A DNA stretch of 64,000 bases. Origin: Candidatus Pacearchaeota archaeon. Its GTDB lineage: Archaea > Nanobdellota > Nanobdellia > Pacearchaeales > GW2011-AR1. Positions 30,315-40,272 of the stretch are shown piece by piece. The first letter of the stretch is position 1, and every line of letters starts with the position of its first letter. The stretch spans positions 4,400 through 68,399 of the forward strand of contig JAFCDI010000001.1 of assembly GCA_017609755.1 (NCBI GenBank), given 5' to 3'. The position numbers were made by a program, and so were the translations under genes. Below the pieces are notes generated by a model. It was not told where the DNA came from, searched no databases, and was given only the letters and a program-made list of their open reading frames with translations.

Positions 30315-30902
30315 ATGGAACTAAATAGAGCAATACAAGAAAGAAGAAGTATTCGAAAATTTAGAAGTGCGAAACCAGATTGGAGATATATTTTAGAGTG
30401 CATTGATAGTATAAGATATGCTCCAATGGCTGGAGGAAACTTTACCTTAAAAGTTATTTTAGTGGATGAAAAAGAAAAAATAATAAAACTCGCAGAAGCA
30501 TCACAACAAGAATTTATTAAATCTGCTCCTTATATTTTAGTAGTTTGTTCTGATAATTCAAGAACAATAAATGCATATGGAGAAAAAGGAGAAAGTTTTT
30601 GTAAACAACAAGCAGGTTCAGCAATTCAAAACTTTTTATTAAAAATAACAGAAAAAAGATTAGCTACTTGTTGGATAGGATATTTTGTTGAAGAGCAAGT
30701 AAAAAGAATTCTAAAAATTCCTGAAAAAATAAATATTGAAGCAATGTTTCCAATAGGTTATGAATTAGGAAAGCCTGAAAAAAGAAGAGTAAAAGCTAAT
30801 CTAGATAAGGCCCTTTATTTTAATGAATATGAAAAGGTTCAAATGAAGAAAATTCCAAAAATAGAAGGAAGAAGAATTGGAAAATTTAGAAATAAAAAAT
30901 AA
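30315..30902 (+). CDS. nitroreductase family protein
   Basis: AIQERRSIRKF, YAP.AG, AIQNFLL, TCWIG, PIGY. Confidence 0.9.
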   Translation: MELNRAIQERRSIRKFRSAKPDWRYILECIDSIRYAPMAGGNFTLKVILVDEKEKIIKLAEASQQEFIKSAPYILVVCSDNSRTINAYGEKGESFCKQQAGSAIQNFLLKITEKRLATCWIGYFVEEQVKRILKIPEKINIEAMFPIGYELGKPEKRRVKANLDKALYFNEYEKVQMKKIPKIEGRRIGKFRNKK

Positions 30903-30917
30903 TTAATTCTATAAAAT

Positions 30918-31421
30918 TTAAGCAGTTCCAGAAGTTTTTCTTGAAGCTGTTTTAGGATTAGTCATTTGAGAAATAGGTGTTGAATCTAGAGTTGATTTTC
31001 TTGGATGACTTGAAACTGCTTGTTTTGAATTAGTTGAAGGCTCTGTCTTAGAAGCTGAAGGTGAAATTTTTGAAGTTGTTGGCTTTTCAGTTTTAGTTTT
31101 AATTGGTTTTTCTTTTTTTAGTGGAGTCTGAGTTTCAGTCAAATCAATATCTAATTCAATTCCTTTAAGAATTTTTAAAGCAAGATTTGTAAGAGCTCCA
31201 AATAATAATCCACTAATAAATCCTATAATTGTATACGATAGCAAAATAACTAAAAGAGACATTCCAAATCCTAATCCAATTAAAGTTAGAAAATTAAAAC
31301 TAGAGAAATTAATTAAATAAACAACTAAAAGAATAAAATCCATTATTACTGCTATAAAAGCTCCTAACAATCCACAAAATAGAGCCAATCTTAGCACATT
31401 AAATCTATTTATAGTTGCCAT
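30918..31421 (-). CDS. two-TM membrane protein with S/T/K/P-rich disordered tail
   Basis: Hydrophobic N-half ending GIELDI; low-complexity C-terminus. Confidence 0.7.
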   Translation of the reverse strand: MATINRFNVLRLALFCGLLGAFIAVIMDFILLVVYLINFSSFNFLTLIGLGFGMSLLVILLSYTIIGFISGLLFGALTNLALKILKGIELDIDLTETQTPLKKEKPIKTKTEKPTTSKISPSASKTEPSTNSKQAVSSHPRKSTLDSTPISQMTNPKTASRKTSGTA

Positions 31422-31476
31422 TTTCCTCTTTTATGAAACAATAAAAGAAAAACACTATAAAAACCTTGCTAAAAAA

Positions 31477-31504
31477 TGCCTTTCTCCTAAAAAGAAGAAA
31501 GGCA
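31477..31504 (-). terminator. stem-loop terminator-like element downstream of ftsZ
   Basis: Perfect 9-bp stem TGCCTTTCT/AGAAAGGCA followed by T6 on the minus strand. Confidence 0.6.
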
Positions 31505-31538
31505 AAATAAAAACTATTTTATAAATTAAAATAAAAAA

Positions 31539-32618
31539 TTACTTAATAACTTCAATACCTAAATCAGACATTTCCCTTGATACAGGAACACTTGATTCTT
31601 CAAGACTTCTTCCAAGCACATAAGGAGAAGAAACTCCTGTCATAATTGTTATTACTCTAACTTTTCCAGTAAATTCTTTGCTAATTCTAGCTCCAATAAT
31701 AACTTGTGCTTCTGGATTCAAATTCTCAGAAACTGCTCTTCCAATCACATCAAACTCTTCTAATTTCAAATCAGGTCCACAAGTAACATGTATTAAAGCT
31801 CCGCTAGCACCTTGATAATCCACGTCAAGTAGAGGATGTGTAAGGGCTTGCTTTACTGCTTCCATAACACGGTCTTGTGTATCTGCTTCTCCAATACCAA
31901 TAACTGAAACACCACCATCTTTCATAATTGATGAAACATCTGCATAATCCAAATTAATCAAACTTGGAAGCGTAATTGTTTCTACAATTCCTTTAACCAT
32001 AGTGCTCACAAGTTCGTTTGCAACTGCAAAAGCCTGCTCAATAGGTAATTGTCCTGCAATATCAACAAGCCGATTATTGTCTAGAACTATACATGTATCT
32101 GTTACATCTCTAAGTTCTTGCAATCCAAATTCAGCTTTGTCAATTCTTGCTTTTTCTGATTCAAAAGGCATAGTTACTACTCCAATAACAACTGCTCCTG
32201 TTTCTTTAGCAAGTTGAGCAATTACTGGTGCTGCTCCTGTTCCTGTTCCACCACCTTCTCCAGCAATTACAAAAACCATATCAGCTCCACCAACCATTTT
32301 CTTAATATCAACTACTGCTTCTTTTGCAGCTTCTCTACCTCTCTGAGGTTTTCCACCACACCCTAATCCTCGAGTCAATTCTTTTCCTATCAAAATCTTT
32401 TCATCTGCTTTAGTAACACTTAAATGAAGTGCATCTGTATTTGCTGCATAAATTGAAGCACCATTAATACCTTTGTTAAAGAGCCATGTTACTGCATTAC
32501 AACCCATTCCACCAACTCCAATAACCTTAATATTTGCTTTTCCAGCTCTAAGTTCATCAAAATTAATGCTGTGAGTTCCTGTGTTTGCTATTGCCTCTTT
32601 TGCAAAATCTAATACCAT
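31539..32618 (-). CDS. ftsZ: cell division protein FtsZ
   Basis: GVGGMGCN, ANTD, GGGTGTG, INLDYAD; SD GGAGGT. Confidence 0.97.
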   Translation of the reverse strand: MVLDFAKEAIANTGTHSINFDELRAGKANIKVIGVGGMGCNAVTWLFNKGINGASIYAANTDALHLSVTKADEKILIGKELTRGLGCGGKPQRGREAAKEAVVDIKKMVGGADMVFVIAGEGGGTGTGAAPVIAQLAKETGAVVIGVVTMPFESEKARIDKAEFGLQELRDVTDTCIVLDNNRLVDIAGQLPIEQAFAVANELVSTMVKGIVETITLPSLINLDYADVSSIMKDGGVSVIGIGEADTQDRVMEAVKQALTHPLLDVDYQGASGALIHVTCGPDLKLEEFDVIGRAVSENLNPEAQVIIGARISKEFTGKVRVITIMTGVSSPYVLGRSLEESSVPVSREMSDLGIEVIK

Positions 32619-32817
32619 CTTTTTAACCTCCTTATAACTTTATATTCCTTTTCTACGAAAAGTTTATATAGCTGGCATACTTCCAACTATTGTTAAGGAA
32701 AAGAGGAGAAATCACCTCTATACAACTACTAATTATTCAACTCCTCAATTGAATAATTAATATATAAAAATAGCAATAGAGAATTCTTTAAATAAATTTT
32801 GGTGATAAAAAGAAAGT

Positions 32818-33390
32818 TTATTTTAAACTTTTTTCTAGATTTTCAATCTTTTTCCAAGTGTTTTTTAGTTTGATATTTGCCCTTTTGACTAATATTTTTA
32901 AAAAATTATCATTCACAAGAATTTTTCCATTATTAATTATTGGAAATTCTAATCTTTCTGTGCTATTTAACTCAAGAACATATTTTGTATTTACTGCAAT
33001 AATTCCTGATTTTTTCCAACCTGCTAATTTTGCTTTAAAATATAATTTGTTTGCACTCTCTAATTCTCTACTTGCAACATGAAGAGCACAAGGATCTAAT
33101 TTAAACTTAATTAATTGTTTTGTTTTTTCTGCAATCTCTTGCAAATCTTCTTTTAATTGTTTAAAACTAATTAAATTATGATATCTTTTAAGAAACAAGT
33201 TTCTTGCTTTTTTATCTTTATCTGGAATTATTATTATTCTTCCAGAACAAGAAGAAGTTGTATAATAATTATCTAATTTATTTATTTTATTGCATAATTT
33301 AACAATTTTCTCATCCCATTTTCCAATAGAGGATTTATCTTTTCTAGATAAAACATCTTTTTTTCTCTGCAAGAAAATATCTCTGAGCAT
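32818..33390 (-). CDS. taw3: tRNA wyosine methyltransferase Taw3/TYW3
   Basis: DKSSIGKWD, YYTTSSCSGRI, LHVASR. Confidence 0.92.
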   Translation of the reverse strand: MLRDIFLQRKKDVLSRKDKSSIGKWDEKIVKLCNKINKLDNYYTTSSCSGRIIIIPDKDKKARNLFLKRYHNLISFKQLKEDLQEIAEKTKQLIKFKLDPCALHVASRELESANKLYFKAKLAGWKKSGIIAVNTKYVLELNSTERLEFPIINNGKILVNDNFLKILVKRANIKLKNTWKKIENLEKSLK

Positions 33391-33440
33391 TATAAATAAA
33401 ATAAGAAAATCTTTATATATTTTAAGGAGCTATCTAAAAT

Positions 33441-34075
33441 ATGAGAATAAGTCTTTTGGTCCTGGAGATATCAAATATCATTATCAAAAAATCCTTAGAA
33501 TAAAAGAAAAAGCTTTACAAAAGCATATTGAAAACCTTGCTAAAGTATTAGCAGAATCTAGTCATTCTATTGCTATTGTTCCAGATAAAGGAATTTGCTT
33601 AGAGATAACAAAATCTTATAAAAAACAAGGTGGAAAAGAGCATTTGCAATAATTCCAAAAAATGATAACAAATACAGAATAAAACATTTAAAGGAAAATA
33701 TAAAAAATAATTTATTTGATGAAAAAAATAAACTTAAAAACATGGCAAGAAAAATTATTTAATCTAGTAGTATATGGAGATGTTTGCCTTTATTTAGGCT
33801 CTAGTATTGGTTCAAATGCTGAATTATTAGCATCTGTTTATAGATATAATAAATTAAATAAATTTAAAAAAGATAAAAAGAAATTTGACAAAGAAATCAT
33901 AGCAGGTTCAAAAAATTCTTTAACATTTTTAATTTACACTCCTTTTTTAAAATCAAAAATATTTTCTAGAGAAATAGAAATCTACTTAAAGAAATATAAT
34001 CTTAAATTAGAGTATATTAAATCTCCAAAACAACTTAAAGAAAAACTTGAAAAACTAACTCTTTTCAAGAATTAA
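33441..34075 (+). pseudogene. frameshifted gene for a Rossmannoid (possibly SLOG-like) protein
   Basis: MRISL/GPGDIKYHY...PDKG..LEI...YKKQGGK/AFAIIPKND...LFDEK/INLKTW...GDVCLYLGSSIGS.AEL joins up only across three 1-nt indels (~33456, ~33638, ~33727). Confidence 0.7.
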
Positions 34076-34720
34076 AGCATTTATTCCTTCTTTTTTACAC
34101 AATTCAACAAACTCTTCAGCATCTGATTTAGTTCCAATTATACTTGCATAATGCATTGGAATTGCTAAAGTAGGTTTAATAATTTTAGCTGCTTCAACTG
34201 CTTCTTCAACATCCATTGTAAATCTTCCTCCAATAGGAAGAAGAGCAACAAATTCTTTTCCTGATTGCCTATATCCTGTTAATTTTTGCATTTCAGGAAT
34301 AATATCAGTATCTCCAGCATGATAAATTAAAACATTGCCAATTTTTATTAAATATCCTACCCATCCTTCATCTTTAGAATGAAAATGTTTATCAATATTA
34401 TAAGCAGGTAAAACAGCTAATTTCATATTTCCTAAACTAAGCTCTCTTCCAGATTCTACTATTTCCATTTCAATAGATTCTTCAAATCGAGTTATTTTAC
34501 TTTGACAATCTGCAGGAATAATTATTTTTGTTCCTTCTTGAACAATTTTCTCAATATCTGCAAAACTGCAATGATCATAATGGCTATGAGTAAGAAGAAT
34601 TATGTCTGCTTTTTCATCTGTTTCTTTAATATTATAAGGGTCTATGTAAATTGTCTTAGAATTTTTTATTAAAAATCCAGAATGTCCTAACCATTTTATT
34701 TCTATATCTTTTATATGCAT
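34055..34720 (-). CDS. MBL-fold metallohydrolase
   Basis: WLGHSGF, THSHYDH, YHAGDT, IPMHY. Confidence 0.92.
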   Translation of the reverse strand: MHIKDIEIKWLGHSGFLIKNSKTIYIDPYNIKETDEKADIILLTHSHYDHCSFADIEKIVQEGTKIIIPADCQSKITRFEESIEMEIVESGRELSLGNMKLAVLPAYNIDKHFHSKDEGWVGYLIKIGNVLIYHAGDTDIIPEMQKLTGYRQSGKEFVALLPIGGRFTMDVEEAVEAAKIIKPTLAIPMHYASIIGTKSDAEEFVELCKKEGINALILEKS

Positions 34721-34765
34721 AAATTCTCAAAGAGCTATTGATTTTTAAACTTAATTGCAGAAAAT

Positions 34766-35056
34766 CTACTTTTTTAAATTTTTAAAATAACCAATATAAT
34801 ATTCAGGATAATATTCACCATCTATTTCAGGAGGAAATTCATAATATTCTCCAAGCAATTCAACTACTTTTTTCAAATAATATCTTGCTTCTTCTTCACT
34901 TTCAGAAAATTTCATTAAATCATAAATAGTAATTTCTGCCTCAAGTTCTAAAGAACCTCTAACAGGAGGAAAATAACTAAAACGATTCTCTTCAAGAACC
35001 ATTGTAAATAATTCTTGCTTAAGTATTTCCAAGATTTCTTCAGGAGTTTTATTCAT
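34766..35056 (-). CDS. hypothetical acidic protein
   Basis: 96-aa ORF. Confidence 0.55.
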   Translation of the reverse strand: MNKTPEEILEILKQELFTMVLEENRFSYFPPVRGSLELEAEITIYDLMKFSESEEEARYYLKKVVELLGEYYEFPPEIDGEYYPEYYIGYFKNLKK

Positions 35057-35149
35057 AAAATAATAAATATAAAAAAATATAATTATTTTTTGGTTTATAG
35101 TAAAAAATTAATTAAAAATAAAAAAAGAAAGAAAAAAACAAAACTAAAA

Positions 35150-35203
35150 TTATTCTTCGTCTTCTTCGTCCATATCTTCCTCTTCGTTCATATCTTCTTC
35201 CAT
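35150..35203 (-). CDS. 17-aa hyper-acidic micropeptide MEEDMNEEEDMDEEDEE, absent from the ORF track
   Basis: SD GGAGGT 6 nt before the ATG; TATA-like TTTTTAAA near 35288-35295; long T-tract after the TAA. Confidence 0.65.
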   Translation of the reverse strand: MEEDMNEEEDMDEEDEE

Positions 35204-35310
35204 GGTTTTACCTCCATTTTAGATAAAAAGTCCTTAATCTAATTGGCTTTTAAAGATGAATTTACACTGCAAAATTAAGAAAAAACCTACAAAAGATTTA
35301 AAAAGCGGTT

Positions 35311-36597
35311 TTAAGGATTAAATCTATTTGGAGTTCTTGGAAAAGGTATTGCATCTTTTATTGTATCAAAACCACATATCCATGCAACTAATCTCTCAAT
35401 TCCTAAACCAAATCCAGAATGAGGAACACTTCCATATCTTCTTGAATCAAGATACCAATTTGAAGCACCTAAATCTATTTTAGCTTTTTTTAATCTTTCA
35501 ATTATTTTATCTAAATTAGGTTCTCTCTGTGAACCATCAACTAATTCTCCAATTTTTGGAGCTAAAAGATTAAAATTAGTTCCTGTTCCAGGTTTTTTTA
35601 AATCTTCTCCATGATAAAATTTCAAAAGACTCAAAGGATAATTAGTTACAAAAACAAATGAATTTCCATAATATTTTGCTAAACTTCTCTCTTCTGCAGA
35701 ACCAAAATCATCTCCATATTTTATTTTATGTCCTTTAGTTCTTAACTTTTCAACAGCTTCTTTATAACTAATTTTCTTAAAGGGACTTTTAACTTTTTTA
35801 AGCATTGAAATGTCTGCTTCTAAAATTTCTAGCTCTTTTTTATTTTCTTTAAGAATTTTATCAATAACATAAACAATGCATTTTTCTGCTATATTCATAT
35901 CATCTTCTAAATTCATCCAAGCCCCTTCTAATTCATAATGCCAAAATTCTGTTACATGCCAAGGAGTTTTTGATTTTTCTGCTCTAAAACTAGGAGCAAT
36001 AGCATAAACTTTTTCAAAAGCATTTACAAAATTTTCAGCATAAAATTGCCAAGATTGAGTCATATAAGCTTTTTTTCCAAAATAATTTACTTCAAAAACT
36101 TCAGAACCTCCTTCACTCGCTGCTCCACTCATTGAAGGAGCCTGAATTTCAATAAATCCATTTTTATGTGAGAACTCATGCAAAGCAAATAAAACAGCTG
36201 AACGAATTTTCATGCTCGCAGTCATTTTTCTACTTCTCAGCCAGAGATGTCTTCTATCTCCTAAAAGTTCTTCATTTAAATCTTTTTGAATTGGAAATTC
36301 ATTTGAGAATCCAATAATATTTATTTTATCTACAGAAATTTCATATCCTGTAGGAGCTCTTTTATCTGCTTTTATTATTCCTTCAATTTCAACAGAAGTT
36401 TCTACTTGCAATTTATCAATTTCTTCCCAGTTTTCCTCAAATTTTTCTCTTTCTAAAACACATTGAATAATATCTGTAGAATCTCTTAAAATCAAAAATT
36501 TTCTTTTATTACTTCCTCTTTCTCTATAAATCCAACCACGCACAGCTATTTTTCCTTTTTTCTTTTCAATAGCCTCTGAAATAGAAATAAATTTCAT
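35311..36597 (-). CDS. asnS: asparaginyl-tRNA synthetase
   Basis: RHLWLRS, FRAEKSKT..HVTEFW, YGSVPHSGFGLGIER. Confidence 0.92.
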   Translation of the reverse strand: MKFISISEAIEKKKGKIAVRGWIYRERGSNKRKFLILRDSTDIIQCVLEREKFEENWEEIDKLQVETSVEIEGIIKADKRAPTGYEISVDKINIIGFSNEFPIQKDLNEELLGDRRHLWLRSRKMTASMKIRSAVLFALHEFSHKNGFIEIQAPSMSGAASEGGSEVFEVNYFGKKAYMTQSWQFYAENFVNAFEKVYAIAPSFRAEKSKTPWHVTEFWHYELEGAWMNLEDDMNIAEKCIVYVIDKILKENKKELEILEADISMLKKVKSPFKKISYKEAVEKLRTKGHKIKYGDDFGSAEERSLAKYYGNSFVFVTNYPLSLLKFYHGEDLKKPGTGTNFNLLAPKIGELVDGSQREPNLDKIIERLKKAKIDLGASNWYLDSRRYGSVPHSGFGLGIERLVAWICGFDTIKDAIPFPRTPNRFNP

Positions 36598-37874
36598 GGT
36601 GTTAATCTCCTTCTATCTCTTGGAAATAAAGTTCCTTCTCTAATATTTTCAAGTCCAAGAATAGCATAAGTTAATCTTTCTAATCCAATGCTCCAACCTC
36701 CATGATAAGGCGCACCATATCTAAAAGCATCAATATACCATTTAAAATTTTCTGGATTTAATTTTTTAGATTTTAACTGATTAATTAAAATTTCTGGAAT
36801 ATGAACTCTCTGTCCTCCAGAAGAAATTTCAACACCTCCATACACTGCATCAAATCCTCCTGAAATTCCTTTTTTTTCTTCTTTAGGCCAAATATAAAAT
36901 GGCTTCATATCTATAGGCCAATCATATGTAAAAATAATTGTATTTGGAAAAAGAGCACATAGTTTTTTTTCTGCTTCTGGTTCAAAATCATCGCCTATTT
37001 TAATTTTAAATCCTTCTTTTGCAAGAATTTTTACTGCTTCTTCATAAGTTAAATATTTTACTTTAGGAATCTTTAAATTCACATCTAATAATTTTAATTC
37101 CTCTGAACAATTTTCAATAACTTCTTTAACAATATATTTTACTGCGCCTTCTAAATGTTTCATAACTTCAATATCATTAGCAAAGGCACATTCAATATCC
37201 ATTTGTCTTATTTCATTAATATGTTTAGAAGTGTCATGTTTTTCAGCTCTCCAAATTGTATTTGTTGAAAATACTTTTTCTAGAGAAATAGCCATTAATT
37301 GTTTATATAGTTGAGGACTTTGAGCTAAATATGCTTTTTGATTAAAATATTTTATTTCAAATAAATCAGTTCCTCCTTCTGTTGAAGTTGCAATAATTGC
37401 TGGAGGCTGAATTTCAATAAATTCTCTATCATAAAAATATTTTCTAAAAGCATTTATAATTGTTGATTGTACTCTAAAAATTGCTTTTATTTTAGGCTTT
37501 CTAACATCTAAACTTCGATAATCTAATCTTCTAGGCAAATCAGAAATAACTGTTTTTTCATTAACTTGAATAGGTAATTTTTCAGCTCTACTTAAAATTT
37601 TTATATCAGAAACTTCCACTTCAACATCTTTACGAACAAATTCTGCTTTGATATTTGCTTTTTTCACTTTTCCTTTTATCTCAATAACTGATTCAAGAGT
37701 TAAATTAGCAACTTTGTCTACTAAGTCCTTATTCTTTACAAGACATTGCACAATGCCAGAACTATCTCTTAAAAGAAAAAAAGACATTTTAGACATTGTT
37801 CTTGATTCATAAATCCATCCCTTTAAGAGAACTTCTGAATTTAATTTCAAATTTCTAACATAAGAGCGTTCCAT
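36594..37874 (-). CDS. aspS: aspartyl-tRNA synthetase, archaeal type
   Basis: RLDYRSLDVR, LAQSPQLYKQ, EISSGGQR, FPRDRRRLTP. Confidence 0.94.
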   Translation of the reverse strand: MERSYVRNLKLNSEVLLKGWIYESRTMSKMSFFLLRDSSGIVQCLVKNKDLVDKVANLTLESVIEIKGKVKKANIKAEFVRKDVEVEVSDIKILSRAEKLPIQVNEKTVISDLPRRLDYRSLDVRKPKIKAIFRVQSTIINAFRKYFYDREFIEIQPPAIIATSTEGGTDLFEIKYFNQKAYLAQSPQLYKQLMAISLEKVFSTNTIWRAEKHDTSKHINEIRQMDIECAFANDIEVMKHLEGAVKYIVKEVIENCSEELKLLDVNLKIPKVKYLTYEEAVKILAKEGFKIKIGDDFEPEAEKKLCALFPNTIIFTYDWPIDMKPFYIWPKEEKKGISGGFDAVYGGVEISSGGQRVHIPEILINQLKSKKLNPENFKWYIDAFRYGAPYHGGWSIGLERLTYAILGLENIREGTLFPRDRRRLTP

Positions 37875-37908
37875 AATTAAAGTAGAAAAAGGGAATTTAT
37901 TAAGTTTA

Positions 37909-39342
37909 TTATTTCAAATATTTAGAGATTATTTCACTTATCTCTCTTCCACTAATCTTTCCTGCAAATTCTTTCATAATTAATCCCATATATGCTTTTT
38001 CAGAGAGTCCTGGTTTTTCTTTTATTAATTTAATTATTTTTTCCTCAATTTCAGATATTTCTAATTTTTCTTCTTCTGCTTCTTCTCCTTTTACAATTTT
38101 TTCTAAAACAAATTTAAGATTTCCTTCTGATATTTTTCCCTGTTTTACTTTTTGTAAAATAGAGTCAATATGTAAATCAAGAATTTCTTCTACTTCACTT
38201 AAATTCTTTTTATTTCTAGCAGCAATCTCTCTAGGATACATTAAAAGAATCTTTGCTATTAAAATTGGATTGTTAATAATTTTTAAAAGAGCTTTAAATT
38301 CTTCAAATTTGTTTTCCTTAAATAATAATTTAATCATATCTTTATTAAGTCCCATTTTATCCAAATCTTTTTCAATTTCTTTTTTTAATCTAGGAAGCTC
38401 TTTTTTTGCTTCATTAATAAGATTTCTAGAAATTTTTAATAAAGGTAAATCAGTTTCAGGATACATTCTAGAACTTCCTGGAAGAGGCCTCAAAAATTTT
38501 GAAGTTCCATCAGATAAAACATTTCTAACTTCCATTTCAGTAGGCTTTTTATCATCTGATAATTTTTTTTGTCTTTCAATTTCTTTTTCAATTGCTTGAA
38601 TAAATATATTCATATTTTGCATTCCTTTCATTTCAACTCTATTTTCTCCTCTAATGGAAAGATTCACATCTTGTCTAATAGTTCCTATTCCTCTTTTCAC
38701 TTTACAACTTCTAAGAATTTCTCCAATCTGCAATGCAGTTTCTTTTGCATGCTCTGCATTTTTAATTTGAGGAGCAGTAACAATTTCAACTAAAGGAATT
38801 CCCAATCTATCTAATCTATAAATTTCTCTTGTATCTGTCCTCTCAATAATTCTAGAAGAATCTTCTTCTAAAAATAAAGATTCAATATTTACTTTTCCCT
38901 GAAAAGTATTTACAAAACCATTCATAGCAATTAAAACAGTTCTCTGAAAACCAGAAGTATTAGAACCATCAATAACAGTCTTTCTCATAATTTGTGTAAG
39001 TGGAACAATTTTCATATTCATTAAAAGAGCTATTTGAATCGCTATTTTCAATGCTTCTGAATTTATTTCAGAAGGAGGCTCTTCATCTAATTCAACCAAA
39101 CAAGTAGTATCTTCATATCCTTGATAAACAAAATCCTTATTTAATTCTGCTTGATGCAGAGCAGCAATATCAATTTCTCCGCTTTCTCCTGGAACAGCGT
39201 GAAGTTTTCTTTTAATTTCAAAATCAGGTTTCTCTTTTCTCAAAACACTTGGACAAGCACAAAATAATTTAGAACTATCTAATTGTTGATGAATTTCCAA
39301 GCCTGCTTTAAATTGCAATTTTTTATAATCTATTTTAGACAT
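37909..39342 (-). CDS. gatE: Glu-tRNA(Gln) amidotransferase subunit E, short form
   Basis: GLEIHQQL, DGSNTSGFQRT, RGIGTIRQDVN, RMYPETD. Confidence 0.95.
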   Translation of the reverse strand: MSKIDYKKLQFKAGLEIHQQLDSSKLFCACPSVLRKEKPDFEIKRKLHAVPGESGEIDIAALHQAELNKDFVYQGYEDTTCLVELDEEPPSEINSEALKIAIQIALLMNMKIVPLTQIMRKTVIDGSNTSGFQRTVLIAMNGFVNTFQGKVNIESLFLEEDSSRIIERTDTREIYRLDRLGIPLVEIVTAPQIKNAEHAKETALQIGEILRSCKVKRGIGTIRQDVNLSIRGENRVEMKGMQNMNIFIQAIEKEIERQKKLSDDKKPTEMEVRNVLSDGTSKFLRPLPGSSRMYPETDLPLLKISRNLINEAKKELPRLKKEIEKDLDKMGLNKDMIKLLFKENKFEEFKALLKIINNPILIAKILLMYPREIAARNKKNLSEVEEILDLHIDSILQKVKQGKISEGNLKFVLEKIVKGEEAEEEKLEISEIEEKIIKLIKEKPGLSEKAYMGLIMKEFAGKISGREISEIISKYLK

Positions 39343-39372
39343 AAATAAAAAAGAGAATCAGATTATTTAAAA

Positions 39373-40188
39373 TTATTCAATATTGATCCTTGGAATAATA
39401 CTAAATAAAAGATTTTTCTCTAGAGTATTTTCTTTTAAAGACCTCCATTCATCGGAAGCCTTTCTAAAATACTCTGAGTTTATTCCAGCAATCACAGATA
39501 AAATTTCTATATCATAAAGATCAGAAACAAATCTCAATTCTTCTGCAAAATCTAAATCAGTAGGAGTCATCATAGCATATCTTCTGTAAGAATCAATTCT
39601 TTCTAATCTCTTAGCAATTTCCTTTTCATTTAGATTTAATGTTTTAGAAAGAGCTTGCTTAAAATGAGGATTCCTTATTAAAGAGTTTACGCTTCTAGCT
39701 AATTTTGGGATAACAATGTCTTCTGGAGAAGAAACAACATACGTTCCTTTACTTTTTTCAATTATCTTTCTTTTTGAATTATTTAATTCTCTTTCTAATC
39801 TATTTTTTGAATTGTCGAAACTTTTTTTATTTCTTCTTGAAAATTCAATAAGTAATTGCTCTCCTTTTTTGTTTTCAACTTCTAAATTAAATGCTCTAGA
39901 ACGTTGTTTAGTTTCAACAAGATATCCATTATCCTCAAGATATTCTCTAACAATTTTAGTAAATTCCTTAAAATCCGAGTAATTTAATGGTCGAACAACA
40001 GAAAGGTCAATATCAGAAGTTGGTCTTCTACAATTAGAAGGTATATAAGATTGTGTAGCCATTCCTCCCACCACATAATAAGGCTCTTTATCTGTTAAAG
40101 TTCCAACTGCTTCTAAACCAACTCGAGCAAACCTATCATCGAGTGTTACAGGATTAACTTTTAGTTTTCTTACTTCTCCTTTTACCAT
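39373..40188 (-). CDS. Pol-beta-superfamily nucleotidyltransferase (AbiEii/DUF1814-like)
   Basis: YVVGGMA...RPTSDIDL; SPEDIVIPKL; SDLYDI. Confidence 0.75.
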   Translation of the reverse strand: MVKGEVRKLKVNPVTLDDRFARVGLEAVGTLTDKEPYYVVGGMATQSYIPSNCRRPTSDIDLSVVRPLNYSDFKEFTKIVREYLEDNGYLVETKQRSRAFNLEVENKKGEQLLIEFSRRNKKSFDNSKNRLERELNNSKRKIIEKSKGTYVVSSPEDIVIPKLARSVNSLIRNPHFKQALSKTLNLNEKEIAKRLERIDSYRRYAMMTPTDLDFAEELRFVSDLYDIEILSVIAGINSEYFRKASDEWRSLKENTLEKNLLFSIIPRINIE

Positions 40189-40228
40189 AAGATATTTATC
40201 ATCTTTTTTCCTTATAAATCTTTCTATA

Positions 40229-40272
40229 TGTAACTCCTAAAGAGTTACAACTATAACTAAATTAGAGTAATA
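40229..40272. promoter_or_regulatory. two tandem palindromic operator-like sites
   Basis: Perfect TGTAACTC-N5-GAGTTACA and, 23 bp later, degenerate TATAACTA-N5-GAGTAATA, between divergent TATA boxes. Confidence 0.55.

Noticed and set aside
33290-33652. 120-aa tracked ORF as an independent gene
   Set aside because: Its 5' part is antisense to taw3; only its 3' part is a fragment of the frameshifted gene starting at 33441.
35015-35242. 75-aa plus-strand ORF
   Set aside because: Low-complexity shadow of the T-tract and the acidic micro-gene on the minus strand.
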